A stretch of DNA of 64,000 bases from the NCBI GenBank assembly GCA_965209155.1, contig OZ242383.1:3296001-3360000 (forward strand), in the 5' to 3' direction. Both the position numbers and the translations under genes were made by a program. Positions 20,739 through 30,654 of the stretch are shown here, piece after piece. Under the pieces are notes generated by a model. The model saw only the letters and a list, made by a program, of their open reading frames with translations, had not been told where the DNA came from and did no database searches. Position 1 is the stretch's first letter. The number at the start of each line of letters is the position of its first letter. The stretch comes from a bacterium. GTDB lineage: Bacteria > SAR324 > NAC60-12.

Positions 20739-20900
20739 CATACCATCACTAAGTTGTTTTAGTGAAAGAAGAGGGTTTCCGATCGATGGAACAATATCGT
20801 GGGAGGACTTGAAAACGATCAGTCCTCTCCGGAAATTTTTTTCAACGTTATTTGACTAAACGGGTTTTCAGAGACCTGAATAGTTACACCGAGTCCAACG

Positions 20901-21506
20901 ATGAACCGGAAACCATTGCGGGAACTGCTGGAGGGGTCCGTTCAAGGGAAGGAAGACGCTTTTGAGGAGTTGTACCAACACTACAGGGCATATATCGTCC
21001 ACACTACCCAATCGCTGATTGGCAAGTATCGGAGCCTACATCAGGCGGATGAGGTGGTTCAGGAAATCTGGAAGGATTTGTGGGAGAGCAAGCTGGAGAA
21101 ATTCCAAGGCGAGGCCGATAAAGCCTTCCTGGGTTGGCTGTACAGAGTCGTTCAGAATCATCTGCTGGACCAAATCAGACGTGCCAAACGGCAGCCGGAA
21201 GTCGCTGCCCCGGAAGAGGTGGATGAGCTGCGCTCTATGCAGGCCTGGTGGGAGGCCCAGTCGACGGAATTGCAGGAAGAGAAGATTGAGCGGGCAGGAG
21301 AGGCTATGAGACAACTGGAAGACGAGCATCCCCAAGCCTCTCGGCTGCTGCGCCGCTGCTATTGGGACGGGCTGTCCCTTGAAGCCCTTGCCGCCGAGGA
21401 GTTGGCGCTTCCTAGAAAGGAACTGACCAAGACCGAAAAGGATATGATCTCCCAACAGTTGCACCGCGCCAGAGAGCGATTTCGGGGAATTTTTGAGAAA
21501 ATTTGA
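20901..21506 (+). CDS. ECF-like sigma-70 factor, copy 2 (intact ATG)
   Basis: 201 aa with region 2 and region 4 motifs only. Confidence 0.82.
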   Translation: MNRKPLRELLEGSVQGKEDAFEELYQHYRAYIVHTTQSLIGKYRSLHQADEVVQEIWKDLWESKLEKFQGEADKAFLGWLYRVVQNHLLDQIRRAKRQPEVAAPEEVDELRSMQAWWEAQSTELQEEKIERAGEAMRQLEDEHPQASRLLRRCYWDGLSLEALAAEELALPRKELTKTEKDMISQQLHRARERFRGIFEKI

Positions 21507-21968
21507 ATATTTTTGTCAGATTTTTGCTCTTGGTACGTTATATAAATAGAGGCACTCGGTTTCCAAGCCAGAAAGCAATTTCAGGAAATTTTTGAGAAAA
21601 TTTGATTTTTTTGGTGATATTCTGGCTCTTGGTACGTTATATATATGAGAGGGCTTGGTTTCCAAACGCTCATTTTCCTCAAAAAAGACCCATTCTGGTC
21701 AAAAAAATAGTCCGGGTGACAGAGAGCGATTTCGGGGAATTTTTGAGAAAATTTGATTTTTTTGGTGATATTCTGGCTCTTGGTACGTTATATAAATAGG
21801 AGGGCTCGGTTTCCTCGCCAGAGAGCGATTTCGGGGAATTTTTGAGAAAATTTGATTTTTTTGGTGATATTCTGGCTCTTGGTACGTTATATAAATAGGA
21901 GGGCTCGGTTTCCATACGCTCATTTTCCTCAAAAAAGACCCATTCTGGTCAAAAAAATAGTCCGGATG
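21468..21968 (+). repeat. Tandem array of the sigma-3'/promoter unit: 99+151+99+151 bp
   Basis: Unit starts at 21468, 21567, 21718, 21817. Confidence 0.93.
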
Positions 21969-22100
21969 AAGATACTCGCGAAGAAACTTTTCGCCCTCTG
22001 CAGAGAGTTCCCCGTGGCAGGCGCCGTGCCCGCCACGACAACCCGATTCGCCCCACAGCGGGTGAATCATTCTCAAAACCCTCAAATAAAAGAGGTAATT

Positions 22101-23921
22101 ATGAGTATTATAAAAAAACTTGTCGCCTCCTTCGTGGGGCTGAACCCGGCAGGCCTCAGGTCTGCTGCAAAAATGCAATCCTTATTGCTCACCCTCACCC
22201 TGATGGTGGCCGCATTTTGGGTCAGTTCGGCTGTGGCAGCCGAGAAAAAGATGGTCAAAGATCCGGCCACTGGTAAAATGGTAACCGCACCTGAGTATGG
22301 CGGGACACTCAGGTTAGGTTGGAACCGTGAGCCCGAGGGTACTGACCCCTCGATCGCGGGAGGCTGGGCGGGGTTCCTCCTCAGTGGCGTTGCGCAGAAG
22401 TTAGCCGAGGGGGACTGGGCAATAGATAGGGATGAATTTGCATATCTAACCGATTTTATTCCTGTACCTGTACTGAAAGGTCAGCTTGCTGAAAGCTGGG
22501 AAACGCCCGACGCACTAACTGTTATAGTCCACATCCGCAAGGGCGTTCACTGGCATGATAAGCCACCGATGAACGGTCGGGAGCTGACTGCCGATGATAT
22601 CGAATACAACTTTCACCGTCTGACGGGTACGGGCAGCGGCTTCAGCGGACCTGCTGGCTATTATGAGCATATGACAAATTTGCCATGGGAATCGATAACC
22701 GCCACCGACAAATGGACGGTTGTTTTTAAGCTGAAGGAGCCAGTGTTCGGTGTGTTGACGCAGATAATCGATCACCACATGGTTTATATATTGCCCCCCG
22801 AGGTAATCGAGGAACACGGCGATGTTAACGATTGGAGAAACGTGGTCGGCACCGGGCCCTATATGCTGACTGAGTGGGTCGAGGGCAGCTCTATAAGCTG
22901 GGACAAGAATCCTGACTACTGGGGCTACGACGAAAAATACCCGCAGAACCGCCTGCCCTATATTGACGAGATAAGAGCCCTGATTATGCCAGACGAAGCA
23001 ACACGACTGGCGGCACTACGCACGGCTAAGGTTGATTTCGTAGGTGTCGGCTCCCAGTCTCCTATAATGTCTATCGACTCGGCAGAGAGCCTCAAGCAGA
23101 CCAACCCCGAAATCCAGGTGGAGCCGTGGTTTCAGCGGTCGAATACAAGCTTTGCCACTAACGTGACCGAGCCGCCCTTTAACGACATCAGGGTGCGTCA
23201 CGCAATGCAGATGGCACTGGACCTTGAGACAATAGCTAATACCTTCTTCAAGGGTTATGCCAGGACCACACCTATGGGGATAGTAGGGAGAAAGGGGTAT
23301 TACGTCCCGTTTGAAGAGTGGTCGGAAGACATCAAGCAATACTACAGGTATGACCCGGAAGGTGCCGAGAAACTTCTTGATGAGGCTGGGTATCCGCGCG
23401 GCTCGGACGGCATAAGGTTTAAGACCACCCAGGATCTTCTATATCTTAAAGACTATCCGGAAATAGCCGAAGAATACTGGCGTCAGATCGGCGTTCATGT
23501 GACGAGTTATCAACAGGACGCCCCTTCTTATGACGCTCGTTTCGCTGATCAAAGTTATGGAGGTATGACTTGGTGGCTTGGCGCGGCCCCATCTGACCCT
23601 ATGCAGTTGCTTGCCTATTCTAAGTCGGGCCATTGGGGGAACCGCCACGGAACCAGCGACCCGGCTTTTGATGCCATGTATGAAGCCGCCGAAGCCGCTA
23701 CCACCGAGGAGGAGCAGATGAGGCTGATTAGAGAGATGGATATGTACTATATAGAGCAGCACTGGACGATATGGGGTCCCATCACTCCATTGTTTGGTGC
23801 GGTGCAGCCGTGGGTCAAAGGTTGGAGCGGTGAAACCAAACTCGGAGCAATGAACTACAGTAGTGGCCTCTTCTCCCGCCTGTGGATTGATAGTGAGCTA
23901 AAGGAAGAAATGGGTCATTAG
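22101..23921 (+). CDS. Family-5 ABC substrate-binding protein, module 3
   Basis: Type B leader, SBP_5 motifs. Confidence 0.92.
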   Translation: MSIIKKLVASFVGLNPAGLRSAAKMQSLLLTLTLMVAAFWVSSAVAAEKKMVKDPATGKMVTAPEYGGTLRLGWNREPEGTDPSIAGGWAGFLLSGVAQKLAEGDWAIDRDEFAYLTDFIPVPVLKGQLAESWETPDALTVIVHIRKGVHWHDKPPMNGRELTADDIEYNFHRLTGTGSGFSGPAGYYEHMTNLPWESITATDKWTVVFKLKEPVFGVLTQIIDHHMVYILPPEVIEEHGDVNDWRNVVGTGPYMLTEWVEGSSISWDKNPDYWGYDEKYPQNRLPYIDEIRALIMPDEATRLAALRTAKVDFVGVGSQSPIMSIDSAESLKQTNPEIQVEPWFQRSNTSFATNVTEPPFNDIRVRHAMQMALDLETIANTFFKGYARTTPMGIVGRKGYYVPFEEWSEDIKQYYRYDPEGAEKLLDEAGYPRGSDGIRFKTTQDLLYLKDYPEIAEEYWRQIGVHVTSYQQDAPSYDARFADQSYGGMTWWLGAAPSDPMQLLAYSKSGHWGNRHGTSDPAFDAMYEAAEAATTEEEQMRLIREMDMYYIEQHWTIWGPITPLFGAVQPWVKGWSGETKLGAMNYSSGLFSRLWIDSELKEEMGH

Positions 23922-23930
23922 GGGTTTCAC

Positions 23931-24926
23931 GTGAGAGCCTATATCATCCGGCGCTTATTGCTGATAATCCCCACCTTGTTTATATTGACCATCATAGTCT
24001 TTCTCTCGGTCCGCTTCATCCCCGGCGATGTAATAGACGTGATGGTGGGTAGGATGATACATTATGGTGATTTTGACCGTGAAGCTCTTGAGCGTATGCT
24101 GGGATTAGACGTGCCTGTCTACGTGCAGTATGGACGCTGGATAGGAGTGTTGCCGATCCCTGACTGGGTTACCGGTGAGTCCCGCTACAACGGTCTCCTC
24201 CACGGCACCCTTGGCAAATCACTGGTAGGCGACTGGACGGTAGAGGAGAAGATATTAGATAGATTGCCGGTAACCATTGAGCTTGGCGTCCTGGCACTCG
24301 TAATCGGGCTCGTGATAGCGCTGCCGGTCGGCATCTACTCGGCGATGCGGCAGGATACGGCCGCCGACTATGTGGGGCGCTCCGCCGCCATCATCGGCAT
24401 GGCAACGCCTAACTTCTGGCTGGCCACTATGGTCATGATCTTCCCGGCAATCTGGTGGGGTTGGTCGCCACCGATGGAATACATGCCTTTCACGGAAGAC
24501 CCGCTGGGGAATCTCGGGGTACTCATCATTCCCAGTGTGATTCTGGGGACGGCCCTGTCTGCCAGCACCATGCGGATGACGCGCACCATGATGCTGGAGG
24601 TGCTCCGGCAGGACTACATCCGCACCGCCTGGTCCAAGGGACTCAGGGAGCGGGTGGTTGTCGTGCGGCACGCCATCAAAAATGCCCTCATCCCGGTAGT
24701 TACCCTGGTAGGAATGCAGTTGCCTATCCTGATCGGCGGCTCCGTGATCATGGAGAACGTCTTCAACCTGCCGGGGCTCGGTCGTTTGATGGTGAATGCA
24801 CTCGAGGAACGAGACTACCCGATGGTCTCCGGAATAAACCTGGTTTTCGCCACCGCGGTTGTGGGGGTCAATCTGTTTATCGACCTGATTTATCCCTATT
24901 TTGACCCCAGGGTCCGCTACAAGTAG
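23931..24926 (+). CDS. ABC permease B, module 3
   Basis: GTG start, EAA loop. Confidence 0.93.
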   Translation: MRAYIIRRLLLIIPTLFILTIIVFLSVRFIPGDVIDVMVGRMIHYGDFDREALERMLGLDVPVYVQYGRWIGVLPIPDWVTGESRYNGLLHGTLGKSLVGDWTVEEKILDRLPVTIELGVLALVIGLVIALPVGIYSAMRQDTAADYVGRSAAIIGMATPNFWLATMVMIFPAIWWGWSPPMEYMPFTEDPLGNLGVLIIPSVILGTALSASTMRMTRTMMLEVLRQDYIRTAWSKGLRERVVVVRHAIKNALIPVVTLVGMQLPILIGGSVIMENVFNLPGLGRLMVNALEERDYPMVSGINLVFATAVVGVNLFIDLIYPYFDPRVRYK

Positions 24927-24939
24927 TTGAGGCGAAAAG

Positions 24940-25911
24940 ATGAGTCAGGTTAGAGATATCCCGGTACAAGAAGCGGAAACGAAGAGACGCAACGCCTTGG
25001 CTGATTTCTTTATCAGGCTGTGGGGGGAGAAGCCACTAGGTACTATCAGCGGGATTATTATATTGATATTGATTTTTGTCGCTATCTTCGCCGATGTTCT
25101 GGCCCCTTATGGATATCGTGAAATGCACCTGGCAGACAGGTTTCAGGGCGCATCAGCCCAGTATCTGCTGGGTACCGACCAGTTTGGGCGAGACTTCTTG
25201 AGCCGAATTATCTACGGGGCTCGAATTTCGTTAATTGTCGGTCTGGCGGCGACCGCTCTCAATGTTGTCGTCGCTGTCCTGATAGGCGGCATTTCAGGAT
25301 TCCTTGGTGGCAAATTGGACTTGGTTATGCAGAGATTTGTCGATGCCTGGATGTGTTTCCCGGGACTGCTCCTGTTGTTAACGATAATGTCCATAGTGGG
25401 GCGGGGTCTGCCACAGATAATAGTGGTCCTGGGGATAACAGGAGGTATCGGTGGTTCAAGAGTAGTCAGAGGCGCCGTTATTGGCATAAAGGAGAATGTG
25501 TATTTTCAGGCGGCGGAGGCGATTGGCTGCAAAAAATGGAGAACATTTATGCGACATGTCCTGCCCAATATTATGCCTGTCGTAATCATCATATTTAGCA
25601 TCAACATCGGGGGGGTGATCCTGAGTGCGGCTGCTCTGAGCTTCCTCGGATACGGTCTGCCAGCCGCTATTCCTGAGTGGGGAGGTATGCTCAGCTGGGA
25701 AGGGCGCAGATTCATGGAGCAGGCGCCATGGCTGGCTCTCTGGCCCGGCCTTGCCCTGACTATTACCGTTTACAGTCTGAACATGTTCGGCGATGCGGTG
25801 AGGGACCTGCTGGATCCCCGGCTGCGGGGCGGACAGGGCAGTTACGGCACTGCGGTGGTGAAACGCAAACGTGGATTCCTGGCTCGACTGATCCACCCTT
25901 TCAACGGGTAA
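24940..25911 (+). CDS. ABC permease C, module 3
   Basis: LGTDQFGRD, RHVLPN, GDAVRDLLDPR. Confidence 0.93.
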   Translation: MSQVRDIPVQEAETKRRNALADFFIRLWGEKPLGTISGIIILILIFVAIFADVLAPYGYREMHLADRFQGASAQYLLGTDQFGRDFLSRIIYGARISLIVGLAATALNVVVAVLIGGISGFLGGKLDLVMQRFVDAWMCFPGLLLLLTIMSIVGRGLPQIIVVLGITGGIGGSRVVRGAVIGIKENVYFQAAEAIGCKKWRTFMRHVLPNIMPVVIIIFSINIGGVILSAAALSFLGYGLPAAIPEWGGMLSWEGRRFMEQAPWLALWPGLALTITVYSLNMFGDAVRDLLDPRLRGGQGSYGTAVVKRKRGFLARLIHPFNG

Positions 25912-26469
25912 ATGCGCAAAACTTGTCCTCGTGAAAACGGGGAGGAGCCCGTCTCTTTTTCCTTCTTGAGAATCGCTGTTTTTGCTTCTTCCTCGAGTTT
26001 GGACCATTGGAAAGAATCAAGCCCGAGAGAACCTCTTCTTTTTTTAGACCTGGATTATTCATTGTGCTAACGACGAGTTAACCGGGGTTTTACCGAAGCG
26101 AGGAACGAGCGCGGGTAAAAATGTTAACGCCACTGTAAAACTTAACCAAGTGTGGCGACTTGAATGATAGCCAATAGTTAGCGGATGTTTTTTTACTACT
26201 TTTTACTTTGTCTCGTTTTTTCTTCTATTCATTTACTTTCCAATCAATAAATTTTGTTTTCCTCTCCATTTTCTTTCTCATGCTTGTTCTTCCTTCCTCT
26301 GAGAGCTGAATCAACATGGAGCGAGCAATGGTGTAAGAAGTTGTTTTACCTGTTCATTTTTCTTCTTCATTTGAGTGGGAGGCAGTGATTTCTTTGATAC
26401 TTTGAGTCATGTTCCTGTAAGACAAGTTTTTCTTGAAGGAAGCCCCTCAAAGCATCAACAGGAGATCCT

Positions 26470-27000
26470 ATGCAAACAGGTAGATGCATCAACTGCCACC
26501 AATTTTTCCTCCGCCGCCCTCAAAACAAGGAGCAAAGTTACTGCAGCCTGAAGAGGTGTCAGCGTGCGCGCAAGACGAATTGGGAGCGTAAAAAGTTAGC
26601 CAGCGATCCAGACTATCAACAGAACCGAAAAGCTAGTCAGAAGGCTTGGCAAGAAAGCCACCGCGATTATTGGAAAGTCTATCGAGAAAAACATCCAGTT
26701 CAGGCTGAGCGCAATCGAAAACTTCAGTTGATCCGCAATGCCAAACAGCGGGGGTATATTGTGGAAAAACTCTCGATGAATACCATTCCTTCCATCTCTC
26801 CGCTCAGATCAAAGCCCTTCTCGCTCTCATCAGTGCCGATTGCAAAGACGGACGCGTCCATCCCTTATCAATTCTGCCTTATCGCCTCCTCCGATGAGGA
26901 TTTGATTGCAAAGATGGACGCGTCAAATTCCTCCCCTGCCCAGATTTTTAAGGCTTTTGTTGAGCTTCCTTTGATTGCAAAGATGGACGCGTTAACCTAA
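26470..27000 (+). CDS. IS21 accessory protein (Cys-containing N-terminus, IAKMDA repeats)
   Basis: GGAG RBS, CxxC..CxxxxC motif, three C-terminal repeats. Confidence 0.65.
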   Translation: MQTGRCINCHQFFLRRPQNKEQSYCSLKRCQRARKTNWERKKLASDPDYQQNRKASQKAWQESHRDYWKVYREKHPVQAERNRKLQLIRNAKQRGYIVEKLSMNTIPSISPLRSKPFSLSSVPIAKTDASIPYQFCLIASSDEDLIAKMDASNSSPAQIFKAFVELPLIAKMDALT

Positions 27001-27123
27001 AAGAACCTTGAGATATCAACAACTTATCCGTGATTGCAAAGAAGGACTTTATTGCCACCACCCTTCAGTTGAGTTAAAAACGATGAAAACCTTGTTAACC
27101 ATCCATCCAAAAGAAGGAGCTGT

Positions 27124-27478
27124 GATGAGAAAGCAGTTGATTATGAAAAGCAGACGACGGGTGATCGAGGGAAGTTTTAGCTTCATTCCTCACCGATTTT
27201 TGAGGGAGGGCTTTTTTGAATGCCTGCGATCTGAGGAATTGATCTTATATTTTTTTTATGTGATGGCCGCGGATGCTCAAGGACTTTCCTACTACAGTCT
27301 CAAGACCATCACTCAACTGCTGAAAATGGAGAGGGATGTCTATCAACAGGCCTTGAGTGGTTTATTGCAAATGGATCTGATCGCCACAGAAGAGACCTTA
27401 GTGCAGGTCCTTCACTTGCCCCTGTCTCCACTAAGAAGATCCCCCTCACCCTCTGACTGTAAAGGTCCCTGTGATTGA
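27124..27478 (+). CDS. IS21 accessory protein, possible winged-helix DNA-binding protein
   Basis: AAGGAG RBS, FSFIPHRFL..GLSYYS..; overlaps istA start. Confidence 0.6.
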
Positions 27479-28937
27479 TCAGCATACTCTCTTTGAAATC
27501 CATCGCCTGCATGCAGAAGGACTTTCTCAGCGAAAAATTGCTCTTCGCTTGAACCTTTCCCGTGCGACGGTGAAGCGGCATCTCTGCCATCCTCAAATTG
27601 TGCGAAAAAAAATTAAAAAACCATCTAAACTCAATCCTTTTAAAGCGCATATGGAGCAATGGTTGCAAAGTGATGCCAGCCTCAGCGCAACGGTGGTTTT
27701 GCAGCGTCTGCAAGGGCTTGGATTCGAGGGGAGGTATGGGATTGTGAAAGACTATCTCAGAAAGATTCGCCCCAAACCCGCTGCGATGCCCATCAGACGC
27801 TTTGAAAGCCAGCCGGGGGAACAGTTCCAAATCGATTGGGGTTTTTTTGGCAAACTCAGCTATGGACAAACCCAGCGAAAGCTTTATGCCCTGGCTGTCA
27901 TTGAATGCCATAGCCGAAAACTCTTTGTTTATTTTAGCCATTCGACAGACCAGACGGCTTTCCATCAGGCTTTATTAACCGCCTTCCAGTTCTACGGAGG
28001 AACTACCAAAGAACTGGTGTTTGATAACATGAAAACCGCCGTCGTTGAACGAGTGGGATCCATCATCCGATTTAACGGAGCCTTTTTAGATTTTCTCCGC
28101 CCCTTTCAGCTCATCCCGAAGGCTTGTTCGCCGAGGCTTCCGCGATCGAAAGGCAAAGTGGAGAGGGTGATCCGCTATATTCGGGATAATTTTTGGCCTC
28201 TTCGTCAGTTCAAAGATCTGGCCGATGTCCAGCAGCAAATGAATCATTGGCTGCAGACAGTGGCCAATGTGCGCCAGCATCAAACCACCTTAGAAAAACC
28301 CGATGAACGCTTTCAACCTCAAACGCTTCGAGCCTTGCCCCCTTGCTTGCCCGATTGTTATCTGACCCGCCGTGTGACTGTCTTAGCCGATGCCACCGTG
28401 ACCTTCGATTCAAATTATTATTCCGTACCCGACTGGACATTAGGACACCGGCTCACCCTCAAAGCCGACCAATATGAGGTCTTGCTCTTTATTAAAGAGC
28501 GCCGTGTGGCCCAGCATTTAAGATCTTGGCAACGCAAACAAAGGCTGGAAAATCCCAAACATCGAAACCCTCAAAAACGCTCCCCTCTACCGCATCCGGA
28601 CTGTGTTTATTTTCTTTCATTGGCGCCCTGTTGCCAAACCTTTCTGCAGGGCATCAATCAATCGGGGATGGCTTTACAAAAGACGATTCAGCAACTGCTC
28701 AAACTTTTAGAGCAATACGGCTTAGACTCTTTAGTCATTGCCCTTGAAAAGGCCATCCATCACCACGCTTTTGGCCTCGATTATGTCAAAAATATCCTCT
28801 ACCAGGAAATGAGGCCCGTCTCCCATCAACCTCCAGTGGTTTTGAAACAAGAAGCCTTAAATCATATCCGCCTCACCCCGCATTCGCTGGCCGAATATGA
28901 TGCCCTCGTCCTGCAGAGAAAGAAGGGGGAGAGATGA
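27471..28937 (+). CDS. istA: IS21 transposase
   Basis: HTH, RFESQPGEQFQIDWG, FDNMKT, KGKVER. Confidence 0.95.
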   Translation: MIDQHTLFEIHRLHAEGLSQRKIALRLNLSRATVKRHLCHPQIVRKKIKKPSKLNPFKAHMEQWLQSDASLSATVVLQRLQGLGFEGRYGIVKDYLRKIRPKPAAMPIRRFESQPGEQFQIDWGFFGKLSYGQTQRKLYALAVIECHSRKLFVYFSHSTDQTAFHQALLTAFQFYGGTTKELVFDNMKTAVVERVGSIIRFNGAFLDFLRPFQLIPKACSPRLPRSKGKVERVIRYIRDNFWPLRQFKDLADVQQQMNHWLQTVANVRQHQTTLEKPDERFQPQTLRALPPCLPDCYLTRRVTVLADATVTFDSNYYSVPDWTLGHRLTLKADQYEVLLFIKERRVAQHLRSWQRKQRLENPKHRNPQKRSPLPHPDCVYFLSLAPCCQTFLQGINQSGMALQKTIQQLLKLLEQYGLDSLVIALEKAIHHHAFGLDYVKNILYQEMRPVSHQPPVVLKQEALNHIRLTPHSLAEYDALVLQRKKGER

Positions 28938-29671
28938 GTGAAAAAATAAAAAAACAATGTCAGAGCCTCCATCTCAGTGGCCTTTGCCAGCATTTTGAAG
29001 CGATTTTTAAAACTGCCTCGCAAAAAAACTGGACTCATCATCAATTGCTCGAGAGCTTGTTTGATCTCGAACTGGACCATCGTCTCCATAAGCGCATTCA
29101 ATTGCGCTTGAAGCAAGCCAAACTGCCCGCCACTCCCACCATCGAGAGCTTTGATTTTGCCCACCACCCCTCTCGAAAAAAGAACAAAGGCAGAATTTTA
29201 CAATTGATGCAATTGGACTTTATCAAGAATAGCGAGGATGTTATCCTGATTGGCAATCCAGGGGTGGGCAAGACCCACTTGGCTTTATGCCTGGCATACG
29301 AGGCCACTCAGAACGCCATGCGCACTTTATTTACCACAGCAACCGACATGATTAACCATTTGATTGCTGCCGAATCGGACCATTCCCTGGTCAAAAAACT
29401 CAGCCATTACACCGAACCGGACCTCCTCCTCTGCGATGAGATCGGTTATCTGCCACTGGATCAACAAGGAAGCAGCCTCTTTTTCCAGGTCATTAGTCGC
29501 AGGCATCAGAGAAAATCAACCTTTCTCACCACAAACCTGCCTTTTGCCCAATGGGGGAATCTCTTTGATTCGACCACTGTGGCCACTGCCATTGCAGATC
29601 GACTGGTAATGAATTCGGAGGTTATCATTTTAGAAGGAGAAAGCTATCGTAGAAATAAAAGAAAAAAATGA
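28934..29671 (+). CDS. istB: IS21 ATP-binding helper
   Basis: GNPGVGKTHL, LLLCDEIGY, TTNLPF..W, GESYR. Confidence 0.95.
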   Translation: MSEKIKKQCQSLHLSGLCQHFEAIFKTASQKNWTHHQLLESLFDLELDHRLHKRIQLRLKQAKLPATPTIESFDFAHHPSRKKNKGRILQLMQLDFIKNSEDVILIGNPGVGKTHLALCLAYEATQNAMRTLFTTATDMINHLIAAESDHSLVKKLSHYTEPDLLLCDEIGYLPLDQQGSSLFFQVISRRHQRKSTFLTTNLPFAQWGNLFDSTTVATAIADRLVMNSEVIILEGESYRRNKRKK

Positions 29672-29869
29672 AAAAGGCATATAGCCCCTTCCATCCGCTG
29701 TTTTAAAGGTATGAGGCCACATCACATCACTGCACCTTGTCGCTCAATACTCAACCTACTCCTCTGCCCACTTAACTACGTGGTAAACTTCCAAATTGCC
29801 GTTTTTGGTATACTTTACTACTGCCATCAACAAAAAACTCCGGTTCAACGATATGTTCTGTTTTTTGAT

Positions 29870-30301
29870 TTAATCCGATGGTTCGTCAATAGATTGTAAC
29901 ATTTTGTATAGTTCTTCTGGGCTATAAATGGATATCGATGCTTTTTTGAAATCTTTTGGATTGCGAGTCACAATTCCATGAACACCTGAATATTTGGCGG
30001 ATTCGTGAAGGACTGCATCCTCAAAATCATTAAATGCTAACTGGGAAGCTTCTTTTAAGACGATATGATTAACCGGTGAAATCTCAAAAAGAGATAACAA
30101 TTTTTTCACCTCTTCTCTGGCTTTTTCTTTTCCTGATACCTTTGCGGCAAGATAAAAAATTGTGGTGATCGTTGTTGCGCCCAGGAAACCTTTTATGGTA
30201 TGAGCTTCGACCAATGAGAAAAGTTGAGACGCTGCTTCTGAAAAAGGTTCTCGATCTAATAAAACATCAAAAACGATATTGGTATCAAAGAGGATTTTCA
30301 C
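29870..30301 (-). CDS. PIN-domain (VapC-like) toxin
   Basis: ILFDTNIV, DFEDAV, IVTRN. Confidence 0.9.
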   Translation of the reverse strand: MKILFDTNIVFDVLLDREPFSEAASQLFSLVEAHTIKGFLGATTITTIFYLAAKVSGKEKAREEVKKLLSLFEISPVNHIVLKEASQLAFNDFEDAVLHESAKYSGVHGIVTRNPKDFKKASISIYSPEELYKMLQSIDEPSD

Positions 30302-30543
30302 AGGTATTTATCCTCCAGATATTTCTTATAATCTAATTCATCCACTTCAGCTCCTCGAAGTACTCCTTTAAGAGAGCTGACGATCGGATTCAGTTCCTCC
30401 GGTTGTCCATGGGACTTCTCTTTTAATAATAAAAAATAATCAGCCACCATCTTTGAAACCGATTTCCCCTGCTTGGCAGCATATTCCTTAGCTTGATCGA
30501 CTAAATCTTTTTCTAATCTGAGGGTTAGTTTTGTCTGCATCAT
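30298..30543 (-). CDS. Ribbon-helix-helix-type antitoxin
   Basis: TKLTLRL..AKEYA..SVSKMVADYF; overlaps the PIN gene. Confidence 0.85.
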   Translation of the reverse strand: MMQTKLTLRLEKDLVDQAKEYAAKQGKSVSKMVADYFLLLKEKSHGQPEELNPIVSSLKGVLRGAEVDELDYKKYLEDKYL

Positions 30544-30654
30544 GACCTCCTCAATGAGTGACGTGTAATATTTTTAATATTATACGTCTAACTCAAGAGA
30601 GTCAATAAAATTGTTGAAGAGAAAGGCCGAGGTGGTGGAATTTTTAAACAGAAT

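Larger units (their letters stand above)
18254..20887 (+). mobile_element. IS66-based composite unit with passenger gene
   Basis: GTAACTATTCAGG at 18254, CCTGAATAGTTAC at 20887, 8-bp TSD ACCGAGTC; empty site at about 48677. Confidence 0.85.
18816..20887 (+). mobile_element. IS66 family, single-ORF (ISBst12-like), copy 1
   Basis: GTAACTATTTAGG / CCTGAATAGTTAC inverted repeats. Confidence 0.92.
26122..29832 (+). mobile_element. IS21-family element with two accessory ORFs
   Basis: TGTTAACGCCAC... / ...CTGCCATCAACA ends, AAAAA duplication, istA-istB. Confidence 0.88.
26065..29861 (-). mobile_element. Integron attC site 3, split by IS21 (arms 26065-26121 and 29833-29861)
   Basis: Rebuilt minus strand: ACAGAAC-5-GTTGAACC-GGAG...CCCC-GGTTAAC-5-GTTAGCA. 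Confidence 0.8.

Noticed and set aside
21468..21968. CRISPR array
   Set aside because: Units are 99/151-bp tandem duplications with no unique spacers, and no cas genes are present
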